The notes under the pieces are model-generated. The model was not told where the DNA came from and did not search any database. It worked only from the letters and a program-made list of their open reading frames with translations. Positions 51,065 to 62,159 of a DNA stretch of 64,000 bases are shown piece by piece. How positions within the stretch are numbered: the stretch's first letter is position 1; every line of letters begins with the position of its first letter. Source of the DNA: Bryobacterales bacterium (lineage in GTDB: Bacteria; Acidobacteriota; Terriglobia; Bryobacterales; UBA6623); NCBI GenBank assembly GCA_965238125.1, contig OZ250179.1:4774723-4838722 (forward strand), written 5' to 3'. Position numbers and translations under genes: made by a program.

Positions 51065-52399
51065 ATGCTCTCTCGTCGCAATTGGTTAAAGGGAATCGCC
51101 GGCGGGCTTTCGGCCCGCATGCTTTCAGCAGCGACCTGGCCGCAATTTCGCGGCCCGGGGGCGCTGGGTACCGTGGCTGACGATCCGCGGCTTCCTGTTT
51201 CCTGGAGCACGACGGAGAACGTTCTTTGGAAAGCCGCGATTCCCGGCAAGGGTTGGTCATGTCCGGTGGTTTGGGATGAGCGGGTCTACCTGACCTCGAA
51301 CATCCGCGCTTCGGGCGAGGCCGAGACACCGGCGGGATTCTACGAGGGCGCTGTTCGCCAACCAATCGCCGAAGAAGAGCACCGCTGGCTGGGCTATGGA
51401 ATCAACTTCGCCGACGGGAAGATCGCCTGGGAGACGGAATTGCACAAGGGCGTTCCGAAAGTCCCTCGGCATCGCAAGAATTCCTACGCGTCGGAAACGC
51501 CGGTCACCGACGGCCGGCACGTCTACTTTCACTTCGGCGACTTGGCAACCTATTGCCTCGACATGGCGGGCAAGGTTGTGTGGACGAAGGAGTGGGAACC
51601 GGTCGAGACGCGCTGGGGGTACGGCACGGCTTCTTCGCCGGCGCTCGACGAAAACCGGCTTTACATCACCAACGACAACCAAGAGCAGTCGTATACAGTT
51701 GCGCTCGATAAGAACACGGGGAAAGAGATTTGGCGCGCCGAACGCGATGAGCCGACGACCTGGTCAACGCCTTTCGTCTGGAAACACGATCAGCGGACGG
51801 AGATCATCACCGCCGGCCGCGAGAAGATCCGATCCTACGACCTTGACGGGAAGCTGCTGTGGGAGGTCAGTGGGATGTCGTCGCTGTCGATCCCGACGCC
51901 GTTTTCGACGGGCGGGCTGCTCTATGTGACGTCGGGTTATCACGGCAGCAAGGAGCGGCCGATTTACGCGATCCGGCCCGGAGCCTCGGGCGACATCACT
52001 CTTGCCCCGGGCGAGACCTCGAACGAATACATCGCCTGGAGCGTACCGCAAGGCGGTCCCTATCACCCTTCGCCGGTGATCTACGACGGCCTCTATTACA
52101 CCTTGCTCGACCGCGGGTTTCTTACCTGCCACGATGCGAAGACCGGCGAAGAAGTCTACGGCAAGCAACGCATCGAAGTCGGCAGCGGGAATTTCACCAG
52201 CTCGCTGTGGGCTTACAAGGGGCGCATTTTCTGCTTGAGCGAGGCGGGCGACTGCTACGTGGTCGAGGCGGGGCCGGATTTCAAAGTTGTGGGCAAGAAT
52301 TCGCTCGGTGAGATGTGTATGGCCACCCCCGCGATCGCTGACGGCAATTTGTTGATTCGCACCTTCTCGTACTTGTACCGGCTGGGCGAACGGGGTTAG
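51065..52399 (+). CDS. PQQ-like (BamB-type) beta-propeller protein with Tat signal
   Basis: MLSRRNWLK; WPQFRGP, GWSCPVVW, YASETPVTDG, YGTASSP, TCHDAKTGE. Confidence 0.9.
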   Translation: MLSRRNWLKGIAGGLSARMLSAATWPQFRGPGALGTVADDPRLPVSWSTTENVLWKAAIPGKGWSCPVVWDERVYLTSNIRASGEAETPAGFYEGAVRQPIAEEEHRWLGYGINFADGKIAWETELHKGVPKVPRHRKNSYASETPVTDGRHVYFHFGDLATYCLDMAGKVVWTKEWEPVETRWGYGTASSPALDENRLYITNDNQEQSYTVALDKNTGKEIWRAERDEPTTWSTPFVWKHDQRTEIITAGREKIRSYDLDGKLLWEVSGMSSLSIPTPFSTGGLLYVTSGYHGSKERPIYAIRPGASGDITLAPGETSNEYIAWSVPQGGPYHPSPVIYDGLYYTLLDRGFLTCHDAKTGEEVYGKQRIEVGSGNFTSSLWAYKGRIFCLSEAGDCYVVEAGPDFKVVGKNSLGEMCMATPAIADGNLLIRTFSYLYRLGERG

Positions 52400-52474
52400 C
52401 GGGCAGGGAATTCCGGGCGGCAGGTCAAACCGCCCTGAGTCCTGGTAGCGAGACGAAGATTTCCTCTAGTCTTA

Positions 52475-53567
52475 CTGAGTCTCGCATAATATACTGTCAA
52501 TCGAGACAAAGAGAAGACTGTTTCCAGAAAGCGGTAATCAAGCGCGGTTTGCGGCGCATTCGCCGCAGCGCTTTGCGGGCGCGCTCGTCGAGTTCCCAGT
52601 AGTCCTTCGGGCAGACGTTGGGCAACTCGTGCTGCTTCCAGTACGCCCAAATGTATTCCACCGGGTTCAACTCCGGCGCATAGGGCGGCAAGTACTCCGT
52701 TGCGATGTGATCCTCGGAGAGCTGGATGAACTCCCGCACCAGGCGGCTGCGGTGCGCCGGCAGCCGGTCCCAGACGATCAGCAGTGGGCCGTCGATGTGG
52801 CGCACCAAAGCCTTCAGGAAGTCGATGACCTCCAGCTCGCCGATCGCGCCGGGATAGAGCCGGAAGTAAAAGTTGCGCAACGTCAGCCCGGCCGACACCG
52901 ACAGCTTGTCCCAGTTGAAGTTGAACTCCAACACCGGTGTCTCGCCGCGCGGCGCCCAGGTGCGGCAACGATGCGGCTTCTGACTCAATCCGCTTTCGTC
53001 GATGAAGACGATCGTACGTTCTTCTTTGCGGGCTTTTTTTTAATGGCCGGCCAAGTCTTGCGCTGCCAGCCGCGGATGGCCTCTTCGTTGCGCTCCCGCG
53101 CTTTGCCGACGGGCCGTTGCGGGCTCCAACCGAGCGCCCGCAGGATCTTCCAGACATGGCCCTCGTGATAGCGCACGCCGAACTCGTCTCCGATCAGACG
53201 AGCGACCCGCGGACAGCTCCACAGCGGCGTCGGGAAGCCGTGCGCCTCGGGGCCTTCCAGCAGCAACGCCTCGAGGCGTTCGAGCTGCGCGGCGTCCAAC
53301 AGCGGCTTACGGCCGGCGCGGCCGGCCTGGCGCAACCCGGCTTCGCCGTCACGCCGGTATCGTCGCAGCCACTCGCTGACGCTTTGCCGCGCGACCTTCA
53401 ATCGCCTCGCTGTCTCGGACTGACTACAGCCTTGCTCGACCAACCGGATCGCTTTGAAACGGCGCTTCTCCAGGGCCTCGAAATCCCGCCGTACGCCTTT
53501 TGTATTTCCCATACATACAAAGACGTACGTACCCCAAAAAGATGTCACTTTATTTTGCGAGACTCAA
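52475..53567 (-). mobile_element. IS630-family element, copy 5
   Basis: TA at 52473-74 and 53568-69. Confidence 0.96.
52497..53548 (-). CDS. IS630 transposase (predicted -1 frameshift)
   Basis: Same organisation as copy 1. Confidence 0.92.
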
Positions 53568-54148
53568 TAGGACGCCTTCCTCCGCCCCATCCGGCCAGGG
53601 AACCGATTTGACGCGAAGGGGTATGACGGCGGGGTCTATAGAGTTTTGCAGGACGTCTTCAAGCAGCGTCTCCAACTTGCCGCAAGCCGGAATAGGCACG
53701 ACATGGTCGGCTCTCGGCGGGTCCTCGTCCGTCTCTGCGATTCCAAGGACCAAATGTCCTCCGTGACTGTTCGCCAAGCAAACAACTTGTCTCACTAGCT
53801 CACGCTTGGCGTGTTCGGACAGGTGCGGATTCGTTGCTGACCAAGGCTCACCTTTCTTGTGCGGAAGGGGTCCCTTTAACTCGACCGTCTCACTCTCTGG
53901 GACTCCAAGCCTGCAGAACTCGTCAACGTCTGGGGCTGTGAGCGTTTCAAGCTGTTTCGTCAGGAGTCCAGCCATTTCTTAACCTCGCGAACCACCCTAC
54001 CGCCATTATCGCAACCCCCTTAATGCCAACCCCGAGGGACTCGCGCGCTGCGGTATGGTTTCAGGCATGAAACGGGTTTACGCCCTCGCGCTCGTTGCGG
54101 CATTCGCGGCTTCACTCGGGGCGCAGCAACCCACGGCCGAAGAACTTA

Positions 54149-55241
54149 CTGAGTCTCGCATAATATACTGTCAATCGAGACAAAGAGAAGACTGTTTCCA
54201 GAAAGCGGTAATCAAGCGCGGTTTGCGGCGCATTCGCCGCAGCGCTTTGCGGGCGCGCTCGTCGAGTTCCCAGTAGTCCTTCGGGCAGACGTTGGGCAAC
54301 TCGTGCTGCTTCCAGTACGCCCAAATGTATTCCACCGGGTTCAACTCCGGCGCATAGGGCGGCAAGTACTCCGTTGCGATGTGATCCTCGGAGAGCTGGA
54401 TGAACTCCCGCACCAGGCGGCTGCGGTGCGCCGGCAGCCGGTCCCAGACGATCAGCAGTGGGCCGTCGATGTGGCGCACCAAAGCCTTCAGGAAGTCGAT
54501 GACCTCCAGCTCGCCGATCGCGCCGGGATAGAGCCGGAAGTAAAAGTTGCGCAACGTCAGCCCGGCCGACACCGACAGCTTGTCCCAGTTGAAGTTGAAC
54601 TCCAACACCGGTGTCTCGCCGCGCGGCGCCCAGGTGCGGCAACGATGCGGCTTCTGACTCAATCCGCTTTCGTCGATGAAGACGATCGTACGTTCTTCTT
54701 TGCGGGCTTTTTTTTAATGGCCGGCCAAGTCTTGCGCTGCCAGCCGCGGATGGCCTCTTCGTTGCGCTCCCGCGCTTTGCCGACGGGCCGTTGCGGGCTC
54801 CAACCGAGCGCCCGCAGGATCTTCCAGACATGGCCCTCGTGATAGCGCACGCCGAACTCGTCTCCGATCAGACGAGCAACCCGCGGACAGCTCCACAGCG
54901 GCGTCGGGAAGCCGTGCGCCTCGGGGCCTTCCAGCAGCAACGCCTCGAGGCGTTCGAGCTGCGCGGCGTCCAACAGCGGCTTACGGCCGGCGCGGCCGGC
55001 CTGGCGCAACCCGGCTTCGCCGTCACGCCGGTATCGTCGCAGCCACTCGCTGACGCTTTGCCGCGCGACCTTCAATCGCCTCGCTGTCTCGGACTGACTA
55101 CAGCCTTGCTCGACCAACCGGATCGCTTTGAAACGGCGCTTCTCCAGGGCCTCGAAATCCCGCCGTACGCCTTTTGTATTTCCCATACATACAAAGACGT
55201 ACGTACCCCAAAAAGGTGTCACTTTATTTTGCGAGACTCAA
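54149..55241 (-). mobile_element. IS630-family element, copy 6
   Basis: TA at 54147-48 and 55242-43. Confidence 0.96.
54171..55222 (-). CDS. IS630 transposase (predicted -1 frameshift)
   Basis: Same organisation as copy 1. Confidence 0.92.
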
Positions 55242-55423
55242 TAGGAGCCGGGCCGAGCAGGGCTACGCTCTCCCATCGAGATGGGGCCCCAGTTCCAACG
55301 GTCCTTCCGATTTCGTGCCCGCGTGGATTACTGCGACGCTGGTTTCGCATGAACAATCCGGCACCTGAGCGTGCTCGCCACCCCCCGACGGCCCCAGAAA
55401 CCGCGCCGACGCAACGGCCCGGG

Positions 55424-55458
55424 CGAAAAAAATGTCATAGTTCATGACATCGCTTGTT
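55424..55458. repeat. Approx. 35-bp repeat with palindrome ATGTCAT-AGTTC-ATGACAT; inverted partner at 62717-62750
   Basis: CGAAAAAA(A)TGTCATAGTTCATGACATCG(C/A)TTGTT. Confidence 0.8.
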
Positions 55459-55496
55459 TTCGCCAGCTAGCCGCGAAACGCTACAATTGGCCTGTC

Positions 55497-55590
55497 GTGG
55501 TCGGCCACACCGTCGGCCATTAGAAGATGCTCGAAAGGGTTGGCGAGGACAAAATGGGCGAGGTCTCCAAGGCTGAGGTGCACGAGTCCC
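55497..55590 (+). pseudogene. Heavily decayed Ser/Thr kinase N-terminus
   Basis: VVGHTVGH*KMLERVGEDKMGEVSKAE aligns with [27 protein letters not shown] at 19429. Confidence 0.6.
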
Positions 55591-55832
55591 ACGGGTCGTT
55601 GCACTCAAGCTTTTGCTCTCCGGAGCCTTGGGCGACAAGAAAAGGAAACGCCCCGTTCACGCCTCAGTTTTTGGTTCCGTCCGTCACGGGGGCACCTGGG
55701 CTGCCTTGGCGCGCCGCCGTCCGCATCGTATCTCCGGTGGGATGCCCTAAGCGAGCAGGTTCGACACCGTGTTGCGGTTCGCCTCAATCGGCCATGTCTT
55801 AGGGCAGTTCCTCTTGTTTCTGGCAGCGGCGC

Positions 55833-56105
55833 TTACGGCACCCATTCTGTATGGATTGTTGACTTCGTCCGGACCGCCTGGGCCGCCGCTTCTTCGGCGT
55901 TCAGTGTCGCCTTCCCCGCCAGCTCTTTGGGACGCTGCAATGGCGTGATGGTACGGAAGGTGAATATGCCCTGAATGTCCGGCTTGCCGTCGGGTGTTCG
56001 CGGGGGAGTCCAACGGTCGGTCTCAGCCTGGGCGAGAGCGGGCGGCGTCGCCAGCGAGAGGGCGGCAATCACCGTGAACAACACGGTGAGTAATCGATCA
56101 CTCAT
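55833..56105 (-). pseudogene. N-terminal fragment of a secreted acidobacterial-type family protein
   Basis: Signal peptide and WTPPRTPDGKPDIQGIFTFRTITPLQRP; ends shortly after EEAAA. Confidence 0.7.
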
Positions 56106-56189
56106 CTGAAACCTCTCCTGCTTTCTAATACCATAGCCCGCTGACACGCCGGCGGAGGGATTGCCTGACGATGGGTAGAGCGGCCATCC

Positions 56190-59100
56190 ATGCCCGCGGC
56201 GGCGGACATAACGTCGGCTTCATGTTCGCTACACTGGACTCGCATGACGCGGAATGCCGCTTGTTCCATCGCCGCCCGCGGACCAGCCTTGGTCGTCTGT
56301 TTGCTGTCGGCGGCTTGCGGCCCGACGACGGGCGGCAAGCTGACCGTTCCGGAGGGGTTTGCGATCGAGCTCGCCGCCGGGCCGCCGCTGGTCGAGCGCC
56401 CCATGATCGTCGACATGGACGAGCAGGGACGTCTTTACGTCGCTGAATCTTCCGGTTCGAACGATCCGGTGCAACAGCAACTGGCCGAGAAGCCGCACAG
56501 TATCTTGCGGCTCGAAGACGTCGACGGCGACGGGCGCTTCGATCGCCGGGTCGTCTTCGCCGACCGAATGATGCTTCCCGAGGGCGTTCTGTGGCACGAC
56601 GGCTCGCTCTATGTCGCCGCGCCGCCGGTGATCTGGAAGCTGACCGACAGCGACGGCGACGGGAGGGCCGATCAGCGGGAAGAGTGGTTTGACGCCAAGA
56701 CGTTGACCAACTGCGCCAACGATCTGCACGGCCCCTATCTCGGCCCCGATGGTTGGATCTATTGGACCAAAGGCGCCTTCGCCGAGCAGACTTACGAGCG
56801 TCCCGGACGCCGGCCGTTGATCACGAAGGCCGCTCACGTCTTTCGGCGGCGGCCCGAGGGCGGTCCGGTCGAGGCCGTGTTGACTGGCGGCATGGACAAC
56901 CCGGTGGAAGTCGCCTTCACGCCCGAGGGCGAGCGACTGCTGACCTCGACCTTCCTTCAGCATCCGCAATTGGGGCGGCGCGACGGGATTCTGCACGCGG
57001 TCTACGGCGGCGTCTATGGGAAAGTCCACGGCGTAACCGATAGCCATCCGATGACGGGGGGCTACTTGTCGGCGATGACCCATTTGGGTCCGGCGGCGCC
57101 GGTTGGTTTGGCGCGTTACCGCTCGTCGGTTTTCGGGGACGACTATCGCAACAATCTCTTCGCGACATTGTTCAACATGCACAAAGTCACGCGGCACGTC
57201 CTGAAGCCGAGGGGCGCGACTTACGAGACCGAGGACTCTGATTTTCTGGTTTCCGACAGTTCGGACTTTCACCCGACCGATGTGATGGAAGACGCCGACG
57301 GGAGCTTGTTGATCGTCGACACCGGCGCTTGGTACAAGCTGTGTTGCCCGACGTCGCAACTGTCGAAGCCCGACTTGCCGGGGGCGATCTATCGCGTGAG
57401 GCGACGGGATGCGCCGATAGTTCGCGATCCGCGCGGCGCCGAGCTTGGGTGGGAAGCCGCGACGGCCGGAGAGCTGACGGCACGGTTGGCGGACGAGCGT
57501 CCGTTTGTCCGCAAGCGCGCGACGGCAGTCTTGGCGAAGAAGGGCGAGGCGGCGGTCTCGGCCCTCAACGAGGTCTTGCTGTCAGGCGCTGGGACCCAGG
57601 CACGTCGGAACGCGGTATGGGCGTTGACGCGCATTCCAGGCGCGGCGGCGCGGGAGGGAGTGCGCCGAGCCTTGGCTGATTCCGACCCAAGCGTGAGGCA
57701 GGCGGCTGCGCATTCGATCAGCGTTTGGCGCGATCTTCAGGCCGTGGAGGCTCTTCTTGCGGAGCTCGGAGACGGCGAAGACGCATTGAAGCGGGTGAGC
57801 GCGGAGGCTCTCGGGCGCCTAGGCGACCCCAAAGCCGTACCGGACCTGCTCGAGGCCGCCGCGGCCGCGACAGACGAGGTGCTGACGCATTCGCTGATCT
57901 ATGCTTTGATCGAAATCGGCGATCCGCGGGCGACGAGATCGGGGCTCCGAAGCCGGTCGCCGCGAACTCAGCGGGCGGCGTTGTTGGCGCTCGATCAGAT
58001 GGAGCAACGCTCACTCGTCCCCGCGACGGTGGTTGCGCTGTTGACGTCAGCCGATTCCGATCTTGGCGAAGCCGCGGAGTGGATCGCCGGGCGGCACCCG
58101 GAATGGGGCGGTGCGCTATCCGGTTACTTTCGCCGTCGTCTGGGGAGCTTGCGAGCGGGCGAGGAGACCGCGTTCGAGCAACAGTTCGGCGGATTCATGA
58201 GCGATCCGGCGATTCAACAACTGGCGGCGGATGTGGTTACCGGGTCGGGTGCAAAACGGGCGCGCTTGTCGGTTTTGCGGGTCATGGCGGCGGCGGCTCC
58301 CGATGAAACGCCGGCGGGTTGGCCGCGAGCGCTGGCGGCGGCGCTTGCTTCGCCGGACCGCGAAGTCTCGGCGGCGGCGGTTAGGGCGGCGCGGAAGCTG
58401 CCCGGCGAGGAGTTGGGCGAAGCGCTCACGGCCGCGCTTAAGCGGGTGGCGCGTGACGAGGGGGCAAGCGATAGAGCTCGTGTGGAGGCGCTCGAAGCGA
58501 CGGCGGAAAGCTTCGGGCCACCTTCTTTCGAGTTGTTTGACTTTTTGGTGGCGCGAGTGCTACCGGACGCTCGGGTCGAGGTCCGTGCGTCGGCGGCGCG
58601 GGCGGTGGCCGCGGTTTCGCTGAGTCGGGAGCAGCTCGGGAAGCTCGTCGGCGTATTGGGGAGGGTCGGCCCGATGGAGTTGCCGTTGCTGATCGAGGCC
58701 TTCGCGGTGGGCGGGGACGAGGATCTGGGACGGCAATGGGTCGAGGCGCTGGCCGACGCGCGGGGCCTGGCGAATCTGCGAGCGGATATCATCGAGCGGG
58801 TTGCCGCGGCGTACCCGGCATCGGTTCAAGAGGCGGCGCGTGGCTTGCGGGCTTCCGACGGCGACGACCGCGACGCTCAGCGGCGTCGCTTGGAGCAATT
58901 GTTGACATCGCTCGAGCCCGGGGACATCCGGCGGGGTCAGGCCGTGTTCAACAGTTCGGAAGCGGCCTGTTCCTCGTGCCATACGATCGGCTACGAAGGC
59001 GGGCGGACGGGCCCGGACTTGACGAGGATCGGGGAGATTCGCGACGAACGCGATCTACTCGAGTCGCTCGTTTTCCCGAGCGCAAGCTTCGTGCGCAGCT

Positions 59101-59345
59101 ACGAACCACTCGTTGTCGTGACCGCCGACGAGACTTACAACGGCGTGCCGCTCGAGACATCGGAAACCCACATGCTGCTCGCGACCGGCGCCGAGGAGCA
59201 GGTGCGCATTGCGCGATCGCGGATTGAAGAGGTGCGGCCGGGAACGGTGTCGGTGATGCCGTCGGGGATGGACGAGCAGCTGAGCGAGCGGGAGTTGGCT
59301 GATCTGCTGGCGTTCTTGAAGGCGACGCGCTGGGGTCCGGGTTAG
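56190..59345 (+). CDS. PVC-type haem-binding protein (membrane-bound dehydrogenase-like domain, HEAT repeats, cytochrome c)
   Basis: DEQGRLYVAE, GPDGWIYW, DGSLLIVD; HEAT-like repeats; CSSCH; GPDLTRIG; SVMPSG. Confidence 0.92.
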   Translation: MPAAADITSASCSLHWTRMTRNAACSIAARGPALVVCLLSAACGPTTGGKLTVPEGFAIELAAGPPLVERPMIVDMDEQGRLYVAESSGSNDPVQQQLAEKPHSILRLEDVDGDGRFDRRVVFADRMMLPEGVLWHDGSLYVAAPPVIWKLTDSDGDGRADQREEWFDAKTLTNCANDLHGPYLGPDGWIYWTKGAFAEQTYERPGRRPLITKAAHVFRRRPEGGPVEAVLTGGMDNPVEVAFTPEGERLLTSTFLQHPQLGRRDGILHAVYGGVYGKVHGVTDSHPMTGGYLSAMTHLGPAAPVGLARYRSSVFGDDYRNNLFATLFNMHKVTRHVLKPRGATYETEDSDFLVSDSSDFHPTDVMEDADGSLLIVDTGAWYKLCCPTSQLSKPDLPGAIYRVRRRDAPIVRDPRGAELGWEAATAGELTARLADERPFVRKRATAVLAKKGEAAVSALNEVLLSGAGTQARRNAVWALTRIPGAAAREGVRRALADSDPSVRQAAAHSISVWRDLQAVEALLAELGDGEDALKRVSAEALGRLGDPKAVPDLLEAAAAATDEVLTHSLIYALIEIGDPRATRSGLRSRSPRTQRAALLALDQMEQRSLVPATVVALLTSADSDLGEAAEWIAGRHPEWGGALSGYFRRRLGSLRAGEETAFEQQFGGFMSDPAIQQLAADVVTGSGAKRARLSVLRVMAAAAPDETPAGWPRALAAALASPDREVSAAAVRAARKLPGEELGEALTAALKRVARDEGASDRARVEALEATAESFGPPSFELFDFLVARVLPDARVEVRASAARAVAAVSLSREQLGKLVGVLGRVGPMELPLLIEAFAVGGDEDLGRQWVEALADARGLANLRADIIERVAAAYPASVQEAARGLRASDGDDRDAQRRRLEQLLTSLEPGDIRRGQAVFNSSEAACSSCHTIGYEGGRTGPDLTRIGEIRDERDLLESLVFPSASFVRSYEPLVVVTADETYNGVPLETSETHMLLATGAEEQVRIARSRIEEVRPGTVSVMPSGMDEQLSERELADLLAFLKATRWGPG

Positions 59346-59346
59346 G

Positions 59347-60089
59347 AACCGGAACGGGGGGGCTCCCAAACAGGAACGGAAATCTTTCCCATCGCTCGGG
59401 CCCTCGTCCAGGTTGACATGGGCGATCTCGCGGGCGGCATCCACCGTGAGGTCGTGAAGCCGGAGGGTCAAGTCGCTCTGTTCGGAGTGAGCCAAATAGG
59501 CGATGTACCTGCCATTGGGGGAAACTACCACGTTCGGCCAGAATTCCGTAGGAAGCAGCCCCGCCGGAGCGATGGAGTATCGGCGCAGGGGCGGCGTTCG
59601 AGACGGCTCCTCGGGTCGGAGGCTGAAGAAGAGCACGACGGCGGTGATTGCGAAGGCTGCTACCAGGGCGATCAGAGCCCAGCGCTGCCGGCGGATGGTC
59701 CGTTGCGGGCCTGCCTTCGGTGGGGAACTGTCGGCCAGGCTCGTCTGTGAGTCGGCGCCCGTACCTTCTACCGGTGCCAGGAATTTGTACCCCCTCCCCG
59801 GCAGCGTTTCCACAAAGCGTGGACTGGAAGCGGAATCCCCCAGCGCCTCACGGATCTTGTTGATCGCTGTGTTCAGGCTGTGTTCGAAGTCAACGTGGGT
59901 GTCGGGCCAGACCTTCTCCTGGAGCTCTTCGCGAGTGACAGCGCGGCCCGGCTTTTCCAGCAGCAGCGCCAAGGCCCGAAACGGCTGCTCCTGCAACCGC
60001 ACCCGCAGCCCCCTCTTGCGCAACTGCCCCGCTTCGAGATCCACCTCGAAGACACCGAAGCGAACGACTCTGGGGCGATCTGATTCCAC
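59347..60089 (-). pseudogene. CadC-type winged-helix + TM + start of a TolB-like propeller; 3' truncated near 59400
   Basis: RFGVFEVDL, LQEQPFRAL, FVETLPGRGYKF, VSPNGRYIAY; the rest of the ORF is antisense to the upstream gene. Confidence 0.8.
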
Positions 60090-60384
60090 GACTCCCTCGA
60101 CACCCAGATTCTACCGCCGAAAGATAGCTGGCGAGAACAATCGATGCCACCAACAATCCGATGAGAGTCTCGCTAGCCGCCTGATGAGGCTCGATTTCGG
60201 TCCGCTCGCGGCCCACGCCAGCGAGGCTCTGACCCTCGATCGTTGAGTGGGAAACTATTTATCAACAGCCATTCTAGCCTGGCATCCGCTCCCAGAGCGT
60301 TCCCAGACGACCCGGGACAAACTCCTTTCGCCTCGCCGTCCCCGCCGGCGGCCCGGTGCGTCATAATACCCCCCGCCGGCAACA

Positions 60385-60840
60385 CGAGGACGTCGGCAGT
60401 GAGGCGGAGGATTTGCCCGGTTTCGTCGTTCTGACGTCGGAAGGCGGCGCGCAGGCGCAGCCGATCGCCGCGCGGCAATGGCATTCGGGCTTTCTGCCGA
60501 GCATTTATCAGGGCGTCAAATTTAACTCGTCGGGCGATCCGGTCAACTACGTCCGCAACCCCGCCGGTGTGAATCGCCAGATGCAGGGTGAGTTGATCGA
60601 CGCGGTCGGCAAGCTCAACCTTATCCAAAGTACTTGGATGGACGATCCGGAAATAGCGACTCGAATCGCGCAGTACGAGCTGGCTTTCCGGATGCAGATG
60701 AGTGTCCCCGACCTGGTCGATTTCTCGAACGAACCGCAACACATTCTCGATATGTACGGCGCGAAAGGCGGCGGCGGGACGTTTGCGTCGAATTGTCTTC
60801 TGGCCCGGCGATTGGCCGAGCGGGGCGTGCGCTTCATTCA
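60385..60840 (+). pseudogene. DUF1501 family internal fragment
   Basis: DLPGFVVL, WHSGFLPSIYQG, YELAFRMQ, NCLLARRLAERGVRFI; both ends missing. Confidence 0.85.
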
Positions 60841-61033
60841 CAGTTCTCACGTAGTGGGTGCTTAGTCGCACCCGCCGAGGGTCCGGCTCAACGTCGGCCT
60901 CGGGGCCGCACCCGCAGCGCACTGGGACGGAAGAGCGCCGGAAAGTCGTAGCCTGTCCCCGACTTTCTCCGACTTTCTCGTCGCCCAAGGTGTGGACCGA
61001 CGAAGACGCTAGGTCCGCGCTACAAGATGGCCA

Positions 61034-62065
61034 TCAATGTTTCGGTAATTGCGCCACACCTCCCGGACCCTCGCCACTGAGTTGTATTGCGTTGAGGTCG
61101 TCACTCACAATCAGCAACACAGCATCCCGTTCCTTGGAATCGGTAGGAAACAAGAGGGAATCGTACTTACCGTTGAGCCATCGCGACCCCATACTGAGAC
61201 ATAATTTACTCAAGAATGGGTCATTGCGTGAGCTTTCCGGGTCAGCTGTTTTGAAATACTCCACGGTGTCGGCTAGAGCGTCCGAGTAAAGTTGTAACGG
61301 GTGCGGCAAAGCAGTTTCAGAGTAAAGAGATTGATGCGATTTATCAAACACTAGTGACGCGTAGAGCATGCCAAGCAGATCCCCCAGAGTTTCATCGACA
61401 ACGCCTCGAGCCTTGAGTTCTAAGAACACACTCATCCCTGCCTTGAACGTCTTGACGAGGCCTATGTTCATCTCGCGCTGAGGCTGTGGAGAGTATTCCC
61501 TGGAAAAATTGCCGTAATCATTATAAATAAATCTTGAGTTGAGGTTGGACGCCGCAGATATGATGCTTGATTCGCGCCGAAAGATCAGGGAGTTGCGGTC
61601 CGTTGTTGGCGAAATATGCGCCCCCTTGCCCGTGCCATCGTAATCCGTAAACAACGGCTCTTCGAAGAGGATCGCACTGTGTATTCTACATTGATCTGAA
61701 AGCAGACTTCTAAACAATGACCGGTAGGCGTGCTTAACGAGAGAGTCGGCGTCTAACAACTCGATGCCCAGGAGGGCGTTTGCCGCCACCCAGTCGCCCC
61801 TGCCCATCGGACCTACTGCCATGGCCAGTAAGATTACATTCTTCCCCCGCAAGTGATCAGTTTCACCCGGCGGCAGAAGGCCGAACCTAGGCAGATCACC
61901 GAAGGTCAGATCGGCGAGTACGCGAGGATTTACCATTTCCGGTCGTGGCGGCTCGTCTCGGTGCTGAAGGTCTGAAGGAGAGCAACTCAGCAGGCTAAAG
62001 CTCAGGAGTATCGATGGGAGCGCCGGGAAGTGGCGCAAAGCAGAAGGCTGTTGTGGAGTCAGCAT
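61034..62065 (-). CDS. Lower-GC hypothetical lipoprotein
   Basis: 343-aa ORF; SFSLLSC lipobox-like; visibly AT-richer than the flanks. Confidence 0.65.
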   Translation of the reverse strand: MLTPQQPSALRHFPALPSILLSFSLLSCSPSDLQHRDEPPRPEMVNPRVLADLTFGDLPRFGLLPPGETDHLRGKNVILLAMAVGPMGRGDWVAANALLGIELLDADSLVKHAYRSLFRSLLSDQCRIHSAILFEEPLFTDYDGTGKGAHISPTTDRNSLIFRRESSIISAASNLNSRFIYNDYGNFSREYSPQPQREMNIGLVKTFKAGMSVFLELKARGVVDETLGDLLGMLYASLVFDKSHQSLYSETALPHPLQLYSDALADTVEYFKTADPESSRNDPFLSKLCLSMGSRWLNGKYDSLLFPTDSKERDAVLLIVSDDLNAIQLSGEGPGGVAQLPKH

Positions 62066-62159
62066 GCCTAATCCACTCCCAAGAGCATATCAAAACTGCT
62101 AAATTCGTCGATGGAATCTTGAGACAAACGGGGGAAGAGACAGGGAAAAAACAGGAAAG

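Larger units (their letters stand above)
52425..53975 (-). pseudogene. AlbA_2/Schlafen-like domain protein split by IS630 copy 5
   Basis: ESETVELKG, LANSHGGHLVLGIAE; IS removal gives 151 aa ending GVLRLEEIFVSLPGLRAV*, possibly already truncated. Confidence 0.8.
54067..55368 (+). pseudogene. Remnant of a secreted, probably Sel1-repeat, protein split by IS630 copy 6
   Basis: Signal peptide MKRVYALALVAAFAASLGAQQ; rejoined AEELRSRAEQGYA resembles a Sel1 start; stops at 68 aa. Confidence 0.5.

Noticed and set aside
59055-59346. Real 290-nt antisense overlap of the CadC-like ORF with the PVC protein
   Set aside because: Protein-like sequence ends near 59400; the remainder is the shadow frame of a truncated gene.
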